Shown here piece by piece: positions 1 through 9,551 of a stretch of 64,000 bases of DNA. A program made the translations under genes and the position numbers. The notes beneath the pieces were generated by a model. It made no database searches and was not told the DNA's origin. It saw only the letters and a list, made by a program, of their open reading frames with translations. Every line of letters starts with the position of its first letter. Positions within the stretch are counted from its first letter, which is position 1. This stretch comes from Candidatus Curtissbacteria bacterium (GTDB lineage Bacteria > Patescibacteriota > Microgenomatia > Curtissbacterales > GWA2-41-24), in contig JACPEV010000009.1 of assembly GCA_016183325.1 (NCBI GenBank), positions 1,303 through 65,302 of the forward strand, read 5' to 3'.

Positions 1-1
1 T

Positions 2-199
2 CAATTCTACATTAGGACAACCGATGTTACGGGTGAAGCCACTCTCCCCGAAGGAACCGAAATGGTTATGCCCGGTGATAACATCAAAATGAAGGTAAAA
101 CTTATCGTTCCGGTTGCCATGGAAGAGGGCCTTAGATTTGCTATCCGCGAAGGCGGCCATACTGTCGGGGCCGGCGTGGTAAGCAAAATCATTGCCTAA
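2..199 (+). CDS. tuf: Elongation factor Tu, C-terminal part (5' end outside window)
   Basis: Frame 2 reads [11 protein letters not shown]...MVMPGDN...[18 protein letters not shown], stop at 197-199. Confidence 0.97.
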   Translation, partial: QFYIRTTDVTGEATLPEGTEMVMPGDNIKMKVKLIVPVAMEEGLRFAIREGGHTVGAGVVSKIIA

Positions 200-207
200 C
201 GGCAGCT

Positions 208-273
208 AATCCCCCCCCGCCTCGCTCGACGCGAGTCGAGGCGGGCAAGATTTGATCAAGGGGGATTTTTTTT
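208..273 (+). terminator. Probable intrinsic terminator after tuf, with an extra GC hairpin in its loop
   Basis: AATCCCCC...GGGGGATT followed by a T run; inner hairpin CCCGCCTCG...CGAGGCGGG at 216-245. Confidence 0.55.
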
Positions 274-291
274 GATATAATAACAAAGTTC

Positions 292-527
292 TTGGAGGTC
301 CGACCTCCGAAAACAGAGACACGACTAAGTTTTTAGAGGTCGGACCTCTAAAAAAAATTAGTTCGAGCGTAGTTTACACTGAGCGAAACCCTGTACCGGA
401 CGGTACGGGGCGAAGTCTTAGGGGTCGAGAACAACTATATATGAAATCAACAAGTTTAAGCTTCAAGCCTAACCGCTTAAGATAAAAAACTTCTCGACTC
501 ACTCTGCCGACTGGCTGATTCGCTCGA
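292..527. repeat. Cluster of REP-like palindromes
   Basis: GGAGGTCCGACCTCC, TAGAGGTCGGACCTCTA, GTTCGAGC...GTCGAGAAC with nested hairpin CCCTGTACCGGACGGTACGGGG, TTCTCGAC...CGCTCGA. Confidence 0.7.
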
Positions 528-540
528 CCGTTTGCTAAAC

Positions 541-660
541 TGTCATTCTGGGGAGTTCTGCTACTGGCAGAACGACACCGGAATCGATTCTGGACAAGCC
601 CTTCGATTACACTCAGGACAATTCAAGGGCAATGAGCAAAGTCGAATTGCCAGAATGACA
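541..660. repeat. TGTCATTCTGG...CCAGAATGACA palindromic element, copy 1 (with nested inserts)
   Basis: 11-bp terminal inverted repeats; homologous to 4631-4701. Confidence 0.85.
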
Positions 661-700
661 AAAATAAAAAAGGAGCACTTGCCAGAAAGGAGTGACATAG

Positions 701-1060
701 ATGTTACAACAAGAAAGAGTCAGAAATCTTAGAGAGAACCTTGATCTTGCAAATATAGAAAATACAAGATTAAGAGAACAACTGAGATTAGCAGAAGAAA
801 TTGGTCAAGTTGAGCGTCGAGGTCTATCAATACCGGAATCTGATGCTATAGTGAATTGGATTCAAGAAAACGAAGCAAGGCGAGTAAGAGTCGAAGGCAT
901 ACTCGATAAGACTTACGTTTATGAGCTGCCCGACAACCAAAAAATAGCATTACATCAAACCGACGGAACACATTATTTTAGCGGGATTACTGCTACAGAA
1001 AAGAGTGTTCAAAGTTTAGAAGAACTTGGAGTTCTCGAAAAGAAAGCTACAAGAAGTTGA
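701..1060 (+). CDS. Orphan protein (119 aa) between tuf and rpsJ
   Basis: AAAGGAG SD upstream; coiled-coil-like N-terminus; no family recognised. Confidence 0.6.
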   Translation: MLQQERVRNLRENLDLANIENTRLREQLRLAEEIGQVERRGLSIPESDAIVNWIQENEARRVRVEGILDKTYVYELPDNQKIALHQTDGTHYFSGITATEKSVQSLEELGVLEKKATRS

Positions 1061-1201
1061 ACAAAAAACTAATAGCTAGTCGCCAATAGCCAATAGCTAA
1101 TTAAATAGCACATTAATAAACGGTTATCAGGTAATCGGGTAATCAGGATATTGGGAAAAATCCCGACAACCAGAAAACCTGATAGCCCGAAAACCTAAAT
1201 T

Positions 1202-1510
1202 ATGCCAAAAGGTAGAATTCGAGTCAGACTTAAAGCCTATGACGCACGAGTAATCGATGCGGCTTGTCGGGATATCATCAATACCGCACTTGGTACAGGC
1301 GCCAAAATCTCAGGCCCAATACCTTTGCCGACAAATATTCAAAGACTTACCGTTTTGACAAGCCCCCACACCGATAAAGACGCTCGTGAGCAATTTGAAA
1401 TGCGAGTTCACAAAAGATTAATCGATATTATTGAACCGACAAACAAAACCATTGACTCGCTGACTCATTTAGATTTACCAGCTGGAGTCGATATAGAACT
1501 TAAGATGTAA
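1202..1510 (+). CDS. rpsJ: 30S ribosomal protein S10
   Basis: [10 protein letters not shown]...GPIPLPT...[23 protein letters not shown]. Confidence 0.98.
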   Translation: MPKGRIRVRLKAYDARVIDAACRDIINTALGTGAKISGPIPLPTNIQRLTVLTSPHTDKDAREQFEMRVHKRLIDIIEPTNKTIDSLTHLDLPAGVDIELKM

Positions 1511-1718
1511 ATCCGAAATCCGAAGTACGAAATCATTGTATGAAGAAATTAGTTACTGGAAATTAGAAAATTGTAATGGAAAGTAGAAAATAGAAAATGG
1601 ATAATAAATTATAACTATTTTCCAATCTCAATCTGCCATTTCCAATTTCCAGTTTCTAGAAACTATTTTCTAGAATACAGAATTGTTTCGAATTTCGATA
1701 TTCGAATTTCGAATTTTC
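1509..1718. repeat. Nested long imperfect hairpin built from 7-nt tandem units
   Basis: (AAATCCG)n ... (TTTCGAA)n outer arms; (TAGAAAA)n ... (TTTCCAA)n inner arms. Confidence 0.7.
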
Positions 1719-1880
1719 AATAAATCTGGAGGTTGCAAAGCAAAATTTAATAACTAAATAGACCATTAACGATTAACAATAAACGATACACGTTAATTGG
1801 TGGGACGCCTGAAAACATCTAAGGAGCCCCGCCTTTTTGGTACGAAAACATAAGTTTATTAAGTAGTTTTAATAACGAGC

Positions 1881-2654
1881 ATGATAAATACATTGTTAGG
1901 TATCAAAAAAGAAATGTCGGCAAGATTCGATCGGTTTGGTCGACGACTGCCGGTGACAGAAATTTATGCCGAGCCCAACATAGTCGTTGTTCAAAAGGAT
2001 GGGAGAATCTTAATTGGAGCTGGGCAAAAAAAGAGAGCCAGAAAAACCGAGAATGCCTTTGTTCAGGCAGCCGGTTTTGCGCCAAGGCTGGTTAAAGAAG
2101 TAAAAGTTGATCAACAAGAAATCAAGCCGGGAACTAAAGTCGATGTATCCATATTTGGACCGGGAGACGAAGTCAAAATAACCGGAGTAACCAAGGGAAA
2201 GGGATTTACAGGCGTTGTCAAAAGATGGGGTTTTGCCGGAGGTCCGAAGACTCACGGACAAAGCGATCGTCATCGTGCACCAGGTTCAATCGGCCAAACC
2301 ACCACACCTGGCAGGGTTTATAAAGGCAAAAAGATGGCTGGCCATATGGGTGTAGCCAAATTAACAATTACGGGGCTTGAAGTCATAGAAGTGGATGCCA
2401 AAAGCAATCTACTTATTGTAAAAGGTTCGGTTCCTGGTGCCAGAAACGGTTATTTGGTAATCGAAAAAACGGGAAAAGTAAAGGGGTACACTCCGCCCCC
2501 TGAACCAAAAGAGGAGCCGGAAGAAGAAGTTAGATCAGAAAAGACTGCAACCGCTGAAAACGCTGAAAAGAACACTGAGAACACTGAAAATCCAGGAGGA
2601 TACCCCCGGAGTGAAGTCGAGGCGTTTCCTGGAAAACACCCCGGGGGTGAGTAA
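1881..2654 (+). CDS. rplC: 50S ribosomal protein L3 with repeat-derived C-terminal tail
   Basis: TKGKGFTGVVKRWGFAGGPKTHG...GRVYKGKKMAGHMG. Confidence 0.97.
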   Translation: MINTLLGIKKEMSARFDRFGRRLPVTEIYAEPNIVVVQKDGRILIGAGQKKRARKTENAFVQAAGFAPRLVKEVKVDQQEIKPGTKVDVSIFGPGDEVKITGVTKGKGFTGVVKRWGFAGGPKTHGQSDRHRAPGSIGQTTTPGRVYKGKKMAGHMGVAKLTITGLEVIEVDAKSNLLIVKGSVPGARNGYLVIEKTGKVKGYTPPPEPKEEPEEEVRSEKTATAENAEKNTENTENPGGYPRSEVEAFPGKHPGGE

Positions 2655-2662
2655 AGACCGCA

Positions 2663-3481
2663 ATGTCAAACAAAAAGCAAAAAAGATCCAAAATCGCTAA
2701 GACCCGTATCAAAACCGGATCTAAAACCATAGATAAAAAAAAGATCACAGAAGGCACTGAAAATAAATTGAAGGCACAGAAAAGAACGGCTAAAAAATCA
2801 GCGCCCTCAAATATCTCAGTACCTTCAGTGATCACAAAACAATCAGGACCCTCAAAACTTGCAATCAAATCAGTATCCGCTAAAGTCTTTAATATGCAGG
2901 GTAGGGGCCTAGGTGTCGTTGCCCTCCCTAAAGCAATTTTTGGACATTTGCCAAATCAAAATTTACTTGCTCAAGCCATCAGGGTCTATGTGGCCAACAG
3001 TCATCCGCACACGGCTCACACTAAAACTCGAGCGGAAGTCGCCGGCGGAGGCACCAAACCTTGGCGCCAAAAAGGCACTGGCAGGGCTCGAGCCGGATCA
3101 ATCCGTTCACCGCTTTGGGTTGGTGGAGGCACGACTTTTGGTCCAAGGACAAAAGATACCAAGCTTTCACTGCCTAAAAAAATGAAGCATAAAGCATTAA
3201 TTGACGCGCTATCTGCAAAAGCTAAAGCTGGCGACATCAAAGTGATTTCAAATATTGAAAAAGTAGAGCCAAAAACCAAAAAGATTGCCACACTCTTGAA
3301 AAAGTTAGATGTTGGTAAAAATACTCTTCTTATTGTTTCCGAAAGAACCAAGAACGTTCATTTAGCCACACGTAACATCCCAAATATTAAAGTAGACATA
3401 CCTTCAAACCTAAACGCCTACGAAGTTACTAAAAATAATGACTTGTTAATCTCAAAGGAATCCCTACCCAAATTTAAATGA
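2663..3481 (+). CDS. rplD: 50S ribosomal protein L4 with Lys-rich N-terminal extension
   Basis: [37 protein letters not shown]; true start uncertain. Confidence 0.95.
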   Translation: MSNKKQKRSKIAKTRIKTGSKTIDKKKITEGTENKLKAQKRTAKKSAPSNISVPSVITKQSGPSKLAIKSVSAKVFNMQGRGLGVVALPKAIFGHLPNQNLLAQAIRVYVANSHPHTAHTKTRAEVAGGGTKPWRQKGTGRARAGSIRSPLWVGGGTTFGPRTKDTKLSLPKKMKHKALIDALSAKAKAGDIKVISNIEKVEPKTKKIATLLKKLDVGKNTLLIVSERTKNVHLATRNIPNIKVDIPSNLNAYEVTKNNDLLISKESLPKFK

Positions 3482-3801
3482 AACCAACTGACCTAATTAA
3501 AACATCAATCCTTTCCGAAAAAGCTTACAAGCAGATGGAAAATGGTATCTATACATTCTTGGTTGATAAGAGGTCAACCAAGAATCAAATAGTCAAAGCC
3601 GTCGAAAATCAATTCGCCGTTAATGTCATTCGGGTTAACGTATCTAAAAAATCTTTCAAGATGAAAAGAATTGGCAGGACTCGAAAACAAGCAAAAGTAG
3701 GCGGCGGCAAAAAAGCCATTGTCTATCTTAAAGCAGGCCAAAATATCGCAATTCTAAGTCCATCTAAAAAAGAAACTAAAAGCATTAAAAAGGAGAAATA
3801 A
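3478..3801 (+). CDS. rplW: 50S ribosomal protein L23
   Basis: ILSEKA...YTFLVD...KKAIVYLK; operon position. Confidence 0.95.
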   Translation: MKPTDLIKTSILSEKAYKQMENGIYTFLVDKRSTKNQIVKAVENQFAVNVIRVNVSKKSFKMKRIGRTRKQAKVGGGKKAIVYLKAGQNIAILSPSKKETKSIKKEK

Positions 3802-4623
3802 ATGTTTAAAATTTCCAAACCCACAACTCCAGGACAAAGATTTAAATCGACTTTATCCTTCGACGAGATAACAAAAACCAAACCGGAAAAATCCTTAATC
3901 GCAAGGCTTAACAAGACAGCTGGTAGGTCGCTGGGAATTGTTACAGTCAGAGGAAAGGGGGGAGGTGCCAAACGAAATTTAAGATTTATAGATTTTAAAA
4001 GAGATAAAAGAGATGTCGTGGCAAAAGTAGCGGCGATTGAATACGATCCAAACAGATCTGCCAATATTGCTCTCCTTCACTATGTTGATGGAGAAAAAAG
4101 ATACATCCTATCCCCGGTTGGTCTTGCTGTTGGGCAGGAAGTTATCGCCAGCGAAAAAGCGCCAATTAAGACCGGTGATGCCCTGCCGCTTGGCAAAATG
4201 CCAGTTGGCACTGTCATTCATAATATTGAGCTTACGCCAGGTAGCGGTGGTCAAATTGTCAGATCTGCCGGCGTCGGTGCAATCGTTGCCGCCAGAGAAG
4301 GAGAATATGTCCACGTTAAACTTCCTTCAAAAGAGATTCGCAAGATTAGTGCTGCAAGTTTTGCCACAGTAGGTCAAGTTGGCAACGTTGATTGGAAAAA
4401 TATCAAAATCGGAAAAGCAGGAAGATCAAGACATATGGGTAAAAGGCCTAAAGTTCGAGGAGTTGCCATGGATCCAAGATCACATCCCCACGGTGGTGGA
4501 GAAGGCAGATCCGGCACGGGTATGCATCCCAAAACCAGAACAGGCAAACCTGCCATGGGCAAAAAAACCCGAAATCCCAACAAACCATCAAGTAGATTTA
4601 TTCTTGAGAGGAGAAAGAAATGA
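3802..4623 (+). CDS. rplB: 50S ribosomal protein L2
   Basis: [14 protein letters not shown]...[21 protein letters not shown]. Confidence 0.98.
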   Translation: MFKISKPTTPGQRFKSTLSFDEITKTKPEKSLIARLNKTAGRSLGIVTVRGKGGGAKRNLRFIDFKRDKRDVVAKVAAIEYDPNRSANIALLHYVDGEKRYILSPVGLAVGQEVIASEKAPIKTGDALPLGKMPVGTVIHNIELTPGSGGQIVRSAGVGAIVAAREGEYVHVKLPSKEIRKISAASFATVGQVGNVDWKNIKIGKAGRSRHMGKRPKVRGVAMDPRSHPHGGGEGRSGTGMHPKTRTGKPAMGKKTRNPNKPSSRFILERRKK

Positions 4624-4630
4624 TTTTTAC

Positions 4631-4701
4631 TGTCATTCTGGGGAGTGAAACGACTCCAGAATCAAAATACGAAAAAAGATTCTGGTCAAGCCAGAATGAC
4701 A
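4631..4701. repeat. TGTCATTCTGG...CCAGAATGACA palindromic element, copy 2
   Basis: Same termini and core as 541-660. Confidence 0.85.
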
Positions 4702-4720
4702 ATAAACTAAAGGAGAAAAA

Positions 4721-5056
4721 ATGACAGCAGAGCATTTTAAGGACACTATTAATTACGACACTGTGAGGCTCAAAAATATAGACGCTGTGTATGAAAATAG
4801 TGCAGCTATTGCTCCGGAACGGACGATTTTAATTGCGACTGGGATTGATGGAGAAACAGATTATCAGTTTGAGAGATTAGCAAGGACTCACGAGGAGGCA
4901 CAAGAATATATTCAGAGTCAAAACGAGTCAGGCACAAGAATCATAGGTAGACCGGCCGACCCGTTAGCTGCTGAAGTTTGGAAGACAATTAGGTATTACG
5001 ACTTTGGTGTCGGAATTTGGAAGCAAATAGAAACATTAGAAAGGATGGATCAATGA
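4721..5056 (+). CDS. Orphan protein (111 aa) between rplB and rpsS
   Basis: AAAGGAG SD; stop overlaps the rpsS start (ATGA); no family recognised. Confidence 0.65.
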   Translation: MTAEHFKDTINYDTVRLKNIDAVYENSAAIAPERTILIATGIDGETDYQFERLARTHEEAQEYIQSQNESGTRIIGRPADPLAAEVWKTIRYYDFGVGIWKQIETLERMDQ

Positions 5057-5337
5057 GTAGATCGAGTAAGAAAGGTCCTTATGTAGATGCAAAGTTACTC
5101 AAAAAGGTCTTGAGCCAGAAGGAGTCTGGCAAGAAGGAGCCGATTAAAACTTGGGCAAGAGCCAGCCAAATTCCTCCGGAATTTGTCAACCACACATTCT
5201 CGGTGCATAACGGTCGCGTATTTATAAACGTTTTTGTGTCAGAAGGTATGGTCGGCCACAGACTTGGCGAATTTGCTCCGACCCGAGTTTTTAGAGGTCA
5301 CGGAAAGATTACAGAGAAAGCAAGAGCAAAGAAGTGA
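5053..5337 (+). CDS. rpsS: 30S ribosomal protein S19
   Basis: [12 protein letters not shown]...IKTWAR...[13 protein letters not shown]; start corrected to 5053. Confidence 0.97.
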   Translation: MSRSSKKGPYVDAKLLKKVLSQKESGKKEPIKTWARASQIPPEFVNHTFSVHNGRVFINVFVSEGMVGHRLGEFAPTRVFRGHGKITEKARAKK

Positions 5338-5400
5338 TTAATCAATTAGTTATGAGAAGTATAGAACTAAACTACTCATTACTAAACTGCTCATAACAAA

Positions 5401-5844
5401 ATGATAGTTACCGCTACAGCTAAAAATGTCAGATTATCGCCCGAAAAGGCTCGTCTCGTCGTGGCGCAAATAAAAAAAATGAAGCCTTCCTATGCGATTG
5501 CAATTTTAGATCATGTTCACAAATCTTCATCACCAATTCTAAAAAAGGTGATCAAATCTGCCATTGCCAATGCTAAGAATAATTTCAATTTGGATGAGAA
5601 AACACTTACCTTTAAAGAAATTTTAGTTGGAAAAGGCCCGGTTTTTAAAAGATATAGAGCCGTCGCCAGAGGTAGAGCCCATTCTATTTTAAAGCGAACA
5701 AGCAATATAAAAGTGGTTTTAGAAGGAGAAAAAACAAAAGAGGTATCAAAAGTATCACAGGTACCAGAAGTATCACAGGACAAATCAAATATACGAGAAC
5801 GTATTTTTGATAAATCGAAAAGTAAAGATCAAAAATCAAAATGA
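5401..5844 (+). CDS. rplV: 50S ribosomal protein L22 with repeat-derived C-terminal tail
   Basis: VRLSPEKARLV...KSAIANAKNN...ARGRAHSILKRTSNI. Confidence 0.96.
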   Translation: MIVTATAKNVRLSPEKARLVVAQIKKMKPSYAIAILDHVHKSSSPILKKVIKSAIANAKNNFNLDEKTLTFKEILVGKGPVFKRYRAVARGRAHSILKRTSNIKVVLEGEKTKEVSKVSQVPEVSQDKSNIRERIFDKSKSKDQKSK

Positions 5845-5943
5845 CAAACCTATATTTATTGTTAGACTCATCACTCATCACTTACTCGCCTCGCTTCGCT
5901 CGCGAAGCGGGTCACTCATCACTACCGACCGAAGGGAGGTCTT

Positions 5944-6582
5944 GTGGGCCAAAAAGTTAATCCTATTGGTTTTAGATTAGGCAATGTTTATACATGGAGC
6001 TCTCGTTGGTTTGCCAAAAAAGGAAACTTCAGCCAGTATCTTCTGGAAGATCAAAAAATTAGAAAGTTTATTATGGATCATTTAAAAGCTGCTGGTGTCT
6101 CAAAAGTCGAAATTGAGCGTTCTTTCGATAAAAGAACTATTATCATTCATGTTTCAAGGCCAGGAGTTGCCATCGGTCGAGGCGGTACTGGCCACGAGCA
6201 ACTAAAGCTTAGTCTTGTAAAAATATTTAAAATCTCAGACCCTAATAAACTGGAAATAAAGTTCGAAGAAATTAAAAGTCCGGATCTAGATGCTTACCTA
6301 GTTGCCACAAACGTCGCAGACCAACTCGCAAAAAGACTCCCTTTCAGAAGAGTCATGAATCAAGCTCTTGAAAGAGTAAAAAGGTCAGGCGCAAAAGGTG
6401 TCAGGATTTCTACGGCTGGAAGATTAGGAGGTTCTGAAATTGCCAGGCGCGAAACTTTAAAGGATGGATCAATTCCACTGCACACCCTAAGAGCTCAGAT
6501 CGATTTTGCCAAAGTCGATGCCAAAGTTCCAAGAGCCGGCATCATCGGTGTTAAGGTCTGGATTAATAAGGGAGAATCATGA
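5944..6582 (+). CDS. rpsC: 30S ribosomal protein S3
   Basis: MGQKVNPIGFRLG...GRLGGSEIAR...IPLHTLRA; GTG start. Confidence 0.98.
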   Translation: MGQKVNPIGFRLGNVYTWSSRWFAKKGNFSQYLLEDQKIRKFIMDHLKAAGVSKVEIERSFDKRTIIIHVSRPGVAIGRGGTGHEQLKLSLVKIFKISDPNKLEIKFEEIKSPDLDAYLVATNVADQLAKRLPFRRVMNQALERVKRSGAKGVRISTAGRLGGSEIARRETLKDGSIPLHTLRAQIDFAKVDAKVPRAGIIGVKVWINKGES

Positions 6583-6588
6583 TAAATC

Positions 6589-6648
6589 AAAAATCAAATA
6601 TACCAAAGCGTATTTTCGATAAATCGAAAAGCAAAAATCAAAATGACA
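6589..6648 (+). repeat. 60-bp dispersed repeat
   Basis: Identical to 14445-14504; diverged copy at 5782-5846. Confidence 0.9.
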
Positions 6649-6765
6649 TGTAAAAATTTAAAAACTATAAAATCCAAAATTGTAGCTTGCTTTGCAAGTA
6701 CAATTTTGTCCATTAAGGGAAAGGGAATATTAAGGGAAAACCGCTAGGTTTGCCCTTAAAGTTAT

Positions 6766-7173
6766 ATGTTAGCTCCCAAAAGAGCAAAATATAGAAAACA
6801 ATTTAGAGATAAAAGAAGGGGTATTGCTACTCGTCGCACAACTTTGGCTTTTGGAGCATATGGGCTTAAAAGTCTGGAAAGTGCATGGATAACCGCAAGG
6901 CAAATAGAAGCGGCCAGGCGAGCAATGACTCATTACACCAAAAGAGGCGGACGCATCTGGATAAGAATTTTTCCGGATAAACCCGTTACTAAAAAACCGG
7001 CAGAAACAAGAATGGGTTCCGGTAAAGGTGATGTCAATGAGTATGTTTCTGTAGTCAAACCTGGAATGGTGCTTTTTGAAATGGGTGCAATTGACAGCCA
7101 AACTGCCCAGGAAGCTTTAAAACTTGCCGCTTTTAAGTTACCGATCAAAACAAAAATAATAACCAGAATATAA
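6766..7173 (+). CDS. rplP: 50S ribosomal protein L16
   Basis: [10 protein letters not shown]...[24 protein letters not shown]. Confidence 0.98.
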   Translation: MLAPKRAKYRKQFRDKRRGIATRRTTLAFGAYGLKSLESAWITARQIEAARRAMTHYTKRGGRIWIRIFPDKPVTKKPAETRMGSGKGDVNEYVSVVKPGMVLFEMGAIDSQTAQEALKLAAFKLPIKTKIITRI

Positions 7174-7186
7174 ATTATTTGAAATT

Positions 7187-7402
7187 ATGAAAAAGAAAGA
7201 AAAAGAAGAACTAAAAGCTAAAAATACAAGTCAACTGAAAGAAATTCTAAAAGAAAAAGAAAAGGGGCTTATTGTTGATCAAATAGAGTTGAAAATGGGC
7301 AAAATTAAGAATGTTCATATTGTTCATAATAAGAAAAAGGATATTGCGACAGTTAAAACAATGCTAAAAGCCGCAATCTTTAAAGAACAACAAGAAAAAT
7401 AA
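7187..7402 (+). CDS. rpmC: 50S ribosomal protein L29
   Basis: Size, position and KKDIATVKT motif. Confidence 0.85.
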   Translation: MKKKEKEELKAKNTSQLKEILKEKEKGLIVDQIELKMGKIKNVHIVHNKKKDIATVKTMLKAAIFKEQQEK

Positions 7403-7408
7403 ATATCT

Positions 7409-7639
7409 ATGCCACAAATAAGGGTGGGAAAAGTTATTGGAACCAAAATGCAAAAAACAATAATTGTTGAAATTATGGGAGTGACAAAACACCCACTTTA
7501 TAAAAAACAAATTAAAAGGACTACCAGACTCAAAGTTCATGACGAATTGGGTGTTAAGGTAGGCCAAAAAGTAAAAATTCAAGAAACGAGACCAATTTCA
7601 AAAGATGTCCACTTTAAAACACTGGAGGTTGTGTCATAA
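7409..7639 (+). CDS. rpsQ: 30S ribosomal protein S17
   Basis: GKVIGTKMQKTI...HPLYKK...HDE...ETRPISK. Confidence 0.96.
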   Translation: MPQIRVGKVIGTKMQKTIIVEIMGVTKHPLYKKQIKRTTRLKVHDELGVKVGQKVKIQETRPISKDVHFKTLEVVS

Positions 7640-8008
7640 ATGCTTGCCAGAAGATCACATTTAACAGTTGCAGACAATAGTGGCGCCAAAAGCTTAGTCG
7701 TAATAGGTTCAGAAAAGGGCTCTGGTAAAAGATTTATTCGACTTGGTGAAATTGCAACTTGTGTAGTCAAAGGAGCAGCTCCATTAGGTCAGGTAAAAGA
7801 TCATCAGATTGTTAAGGCGACAATTGTCAGGACTAAAAAAGAAACTCGGCGAGCCGATGGGTCATATATCAGATTTTCAGACAATGCCGCAGTTGTTTGT
7901 GATGATAATGGTATTCCGGCAGGAACCAGGATTTTCGGTCCGGTTGCCCAGGAGCTTAAACAAAAAGGTTTTACAAAAATTATTTCAATGGCTAAGGAGG
8001 TTTACTGA
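7640..8008 (+). CDS. rplN: 50S ribosomal protein L14
   Basis: VADNSGAK...YIRFSDNAAV...GTRIFGPVA. Confidence 0.98.
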   Translation: MLARRSHLTVADNSGAKSLVVIGSEKGSGKRFIRLGEIATCVVKGAAPLGQVKDHQIVKATIVRTKKETRRADGSYIRFSDNAAVVCDDNGIPAGTRIFGPVAQELKQKGFTKIISMAKEVY

Positions 8009-8314
8009 ATGTTTAAGTTTAAAATTGGAGACGAGGTAGTTGTGACGGCCGGTCGTGATAAAGGCAAAAGCGGCAAAGTCGAAAAAGTTCTTCTTTTTGA
8101 AAATAAATTAATTATTGCCGGAGTCAATATTTATAAAAGACATCGCAAGGTCACAAGAACCCAAGCCGCGGGAATTTACGAGATCGCCAGACCCATATCT
8201 CTTGCCAAGGTTGCCCTCGTTTGTCCCAAATGCGGCAAAACGACCAGAGTAGGTTTTAAATCCGAAGGGAATAAGAAAAATAGGATCTGCAAAAAATGCA
8301 AAGGAGTAATATGA
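8009..8314 (+). CDS. rplX: 50S ribosomal protein L24
   Basis: KOW motif GDEVVVTAGRDKGKSG; CPKC...CKKC. Confidence 0.96.
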   Translation: MFKFKIGDEVVVTAGRDKGKSGKVEKVLLFENKLIIAGVNIYKRHRKVTRTQAAGIYEIARPISLAKVALVCPKCGKTTRVGFKSEGNKKNRICKKCKGVI

Positions 8315-8859
8315 CAAACATAATCTCGAAATATCAAGATGAGGTTTTAACCAAGTTAAAACAAGAATTCAATCTTAAAAATGACCTTTCTGTTCCAAGA
8401 CTTGCAAAAATTGTCATAAATTCGGGCGTAGCGGAGGGAATTACCAATAAAGAAGTCGTTGGCAAAGTTCAAGAACAACTAGAAAAAATTTCTGGCCAAA
8501 GACCTAAAATCACTCATGCCAAAAAAGCCATTTCTACTTTTAAATTAAAGAAAAACGACCCTATTGGTGTAATGGTAACTCTTCGAGGTACAAGAGCGTG
8601 GCATTTTCTCGAAAAGTTGATTAATATTGTCGTTCCAAGGATGCGTGATTTTCGAGGACTCGCTCAGGAAAACTTTGATAAGTTTGGTAACTATAGTTTG
8701 GGAATATCAGAACAAATCATTTTTCCAGAAATCGACTATAGCAAAATTGATAAGATTAGAGGTTTAGTAATTACGATCGTTTTCAAAAATAGTGACAAGC
8801 AAAAATCTCAAAGAGTCATGGAACTTTTAGGCGTACCTTTTAAAAAAGGAGATAATTAG
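8311..8859 (+). CDS. rplE: 50S ribosomal protein L5
   Basis: VPRLAKIVINSG...PRMRDFRG...EQIIFPEI; start set at 8311. Confidence 0.97.
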   Translation: MTNIISKYQDEVLTKLKQEFNLKNDLSVPRLAKIVINSGVAEGITNKEVVGKVQEQLEKISGQRPKITHAKKAISTFKLKKNDPIGVMVTLRGTRAWHFLEKLINIVVPRMRDFRGLAQENFDKFGNYSLGISEQIIFPEIDYSKIDKIRGLVITIVFKNSDKQKSQRVMELLGVPFKKGDN

Positions 8860-8891
8860 ATATAAAAATTTCTGCCCAGTAATCTAAGAAA

Positions 8892-9077
8892 ATGGCCAAA
8901 AAATCAAAAATTGTAAAAAATGATAAAAAACAAAAATATGAAGTCCGTCACAGAAATCGATGCCGACTCTGCGGTCGACCAAGAGGTTATTTGCGTAAAT
9001 TTGGGATTTGTCGATTGTGTTTCCGAGATTTAGCTCATCGTGGAGAAATTCCGGGAGTTAAAAAAGCATCATGGTAA
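8892..9077 (+). CDS. rpsN: 30S ribosomal protein S14, zinc-binding type
   Basis: [10 protein letters not shown]...GICRLCFR...GVKKASW. Confidence 0.97.
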   Translation: MAKKSKIVKNDKKQKYEVRHRNRCRLCGRPRGYLRKFGICRLCFRDLAHRGEIPGVKKASW

Positions 9078-9167
9078 TTAAAAAGATTACACAGATCTAT
9101 AGCGGATTACCACAGATTATCCGCGCAAATCCGCCATCAATCCGCGGTAATCATACAAAGGAGTCAA

Positions 9168-9542
9168 ATGGATCCAGTTGCTGACATGCTGACTATTATC
9201 AAAAATGGATATATGGCTAAAAAACCAGAAGTTTTTGTGACATATTCCAAGTTTAAACTTGCCATAGCAAGTATTTTGGAAAAAGAAGAATTTATTGGCA
9301 AGGTAGAAAAACAAGATGCCAAAATTAAAATTAGCCTCTTGTATCAAAATCAAAAACCCAAAGTTACACAGATCAAGAGAATTTCTAAATTGGGTCTTAG
9401 GATTTATACCAGAAGCAAAAACATAAAAAATATTAAAGGTGGAAAAGGTTTAGTCATTGTCTCAACATCCCAAGGCGTCATGAATGCAAAAGAAGCAAAA
9501 TCAAAAAATCTGGGAGGAGAGATCATCTGCCAATTATGGTAG
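9168..9542 (+). CDS. rpsH: 30S ribosomal protein S8
   Basis: MDPVADMLTIIKNG...STSQGVM...GGEII. Confidence 0.97.
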   Translation: MDPVADMLTIIKNGYMAKKPEVFVTYSKFKLAIASILEKEEFIGKVEKQDAKIKISLLYQNQKPKVTQIKRISKLGLRIYTRSKNIKNIKGGKGLVIVSTSQGVMNAKEAKSKNLGGEIICQLW

Positions 9543-9551
9543 AAAAGACGT

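Noticed and set aside
532-732. 66-aa ORF (and 21965-22195)
   Set aside because: Translations of palindromic repeat DNA with no start signals
1070-1800. Diversity-generating retroelement or intron as the source of the repeats
   Set aside because: No reverse transcriptase, no TR/VR pair with A-specific mismatches and no intron core seen in the window
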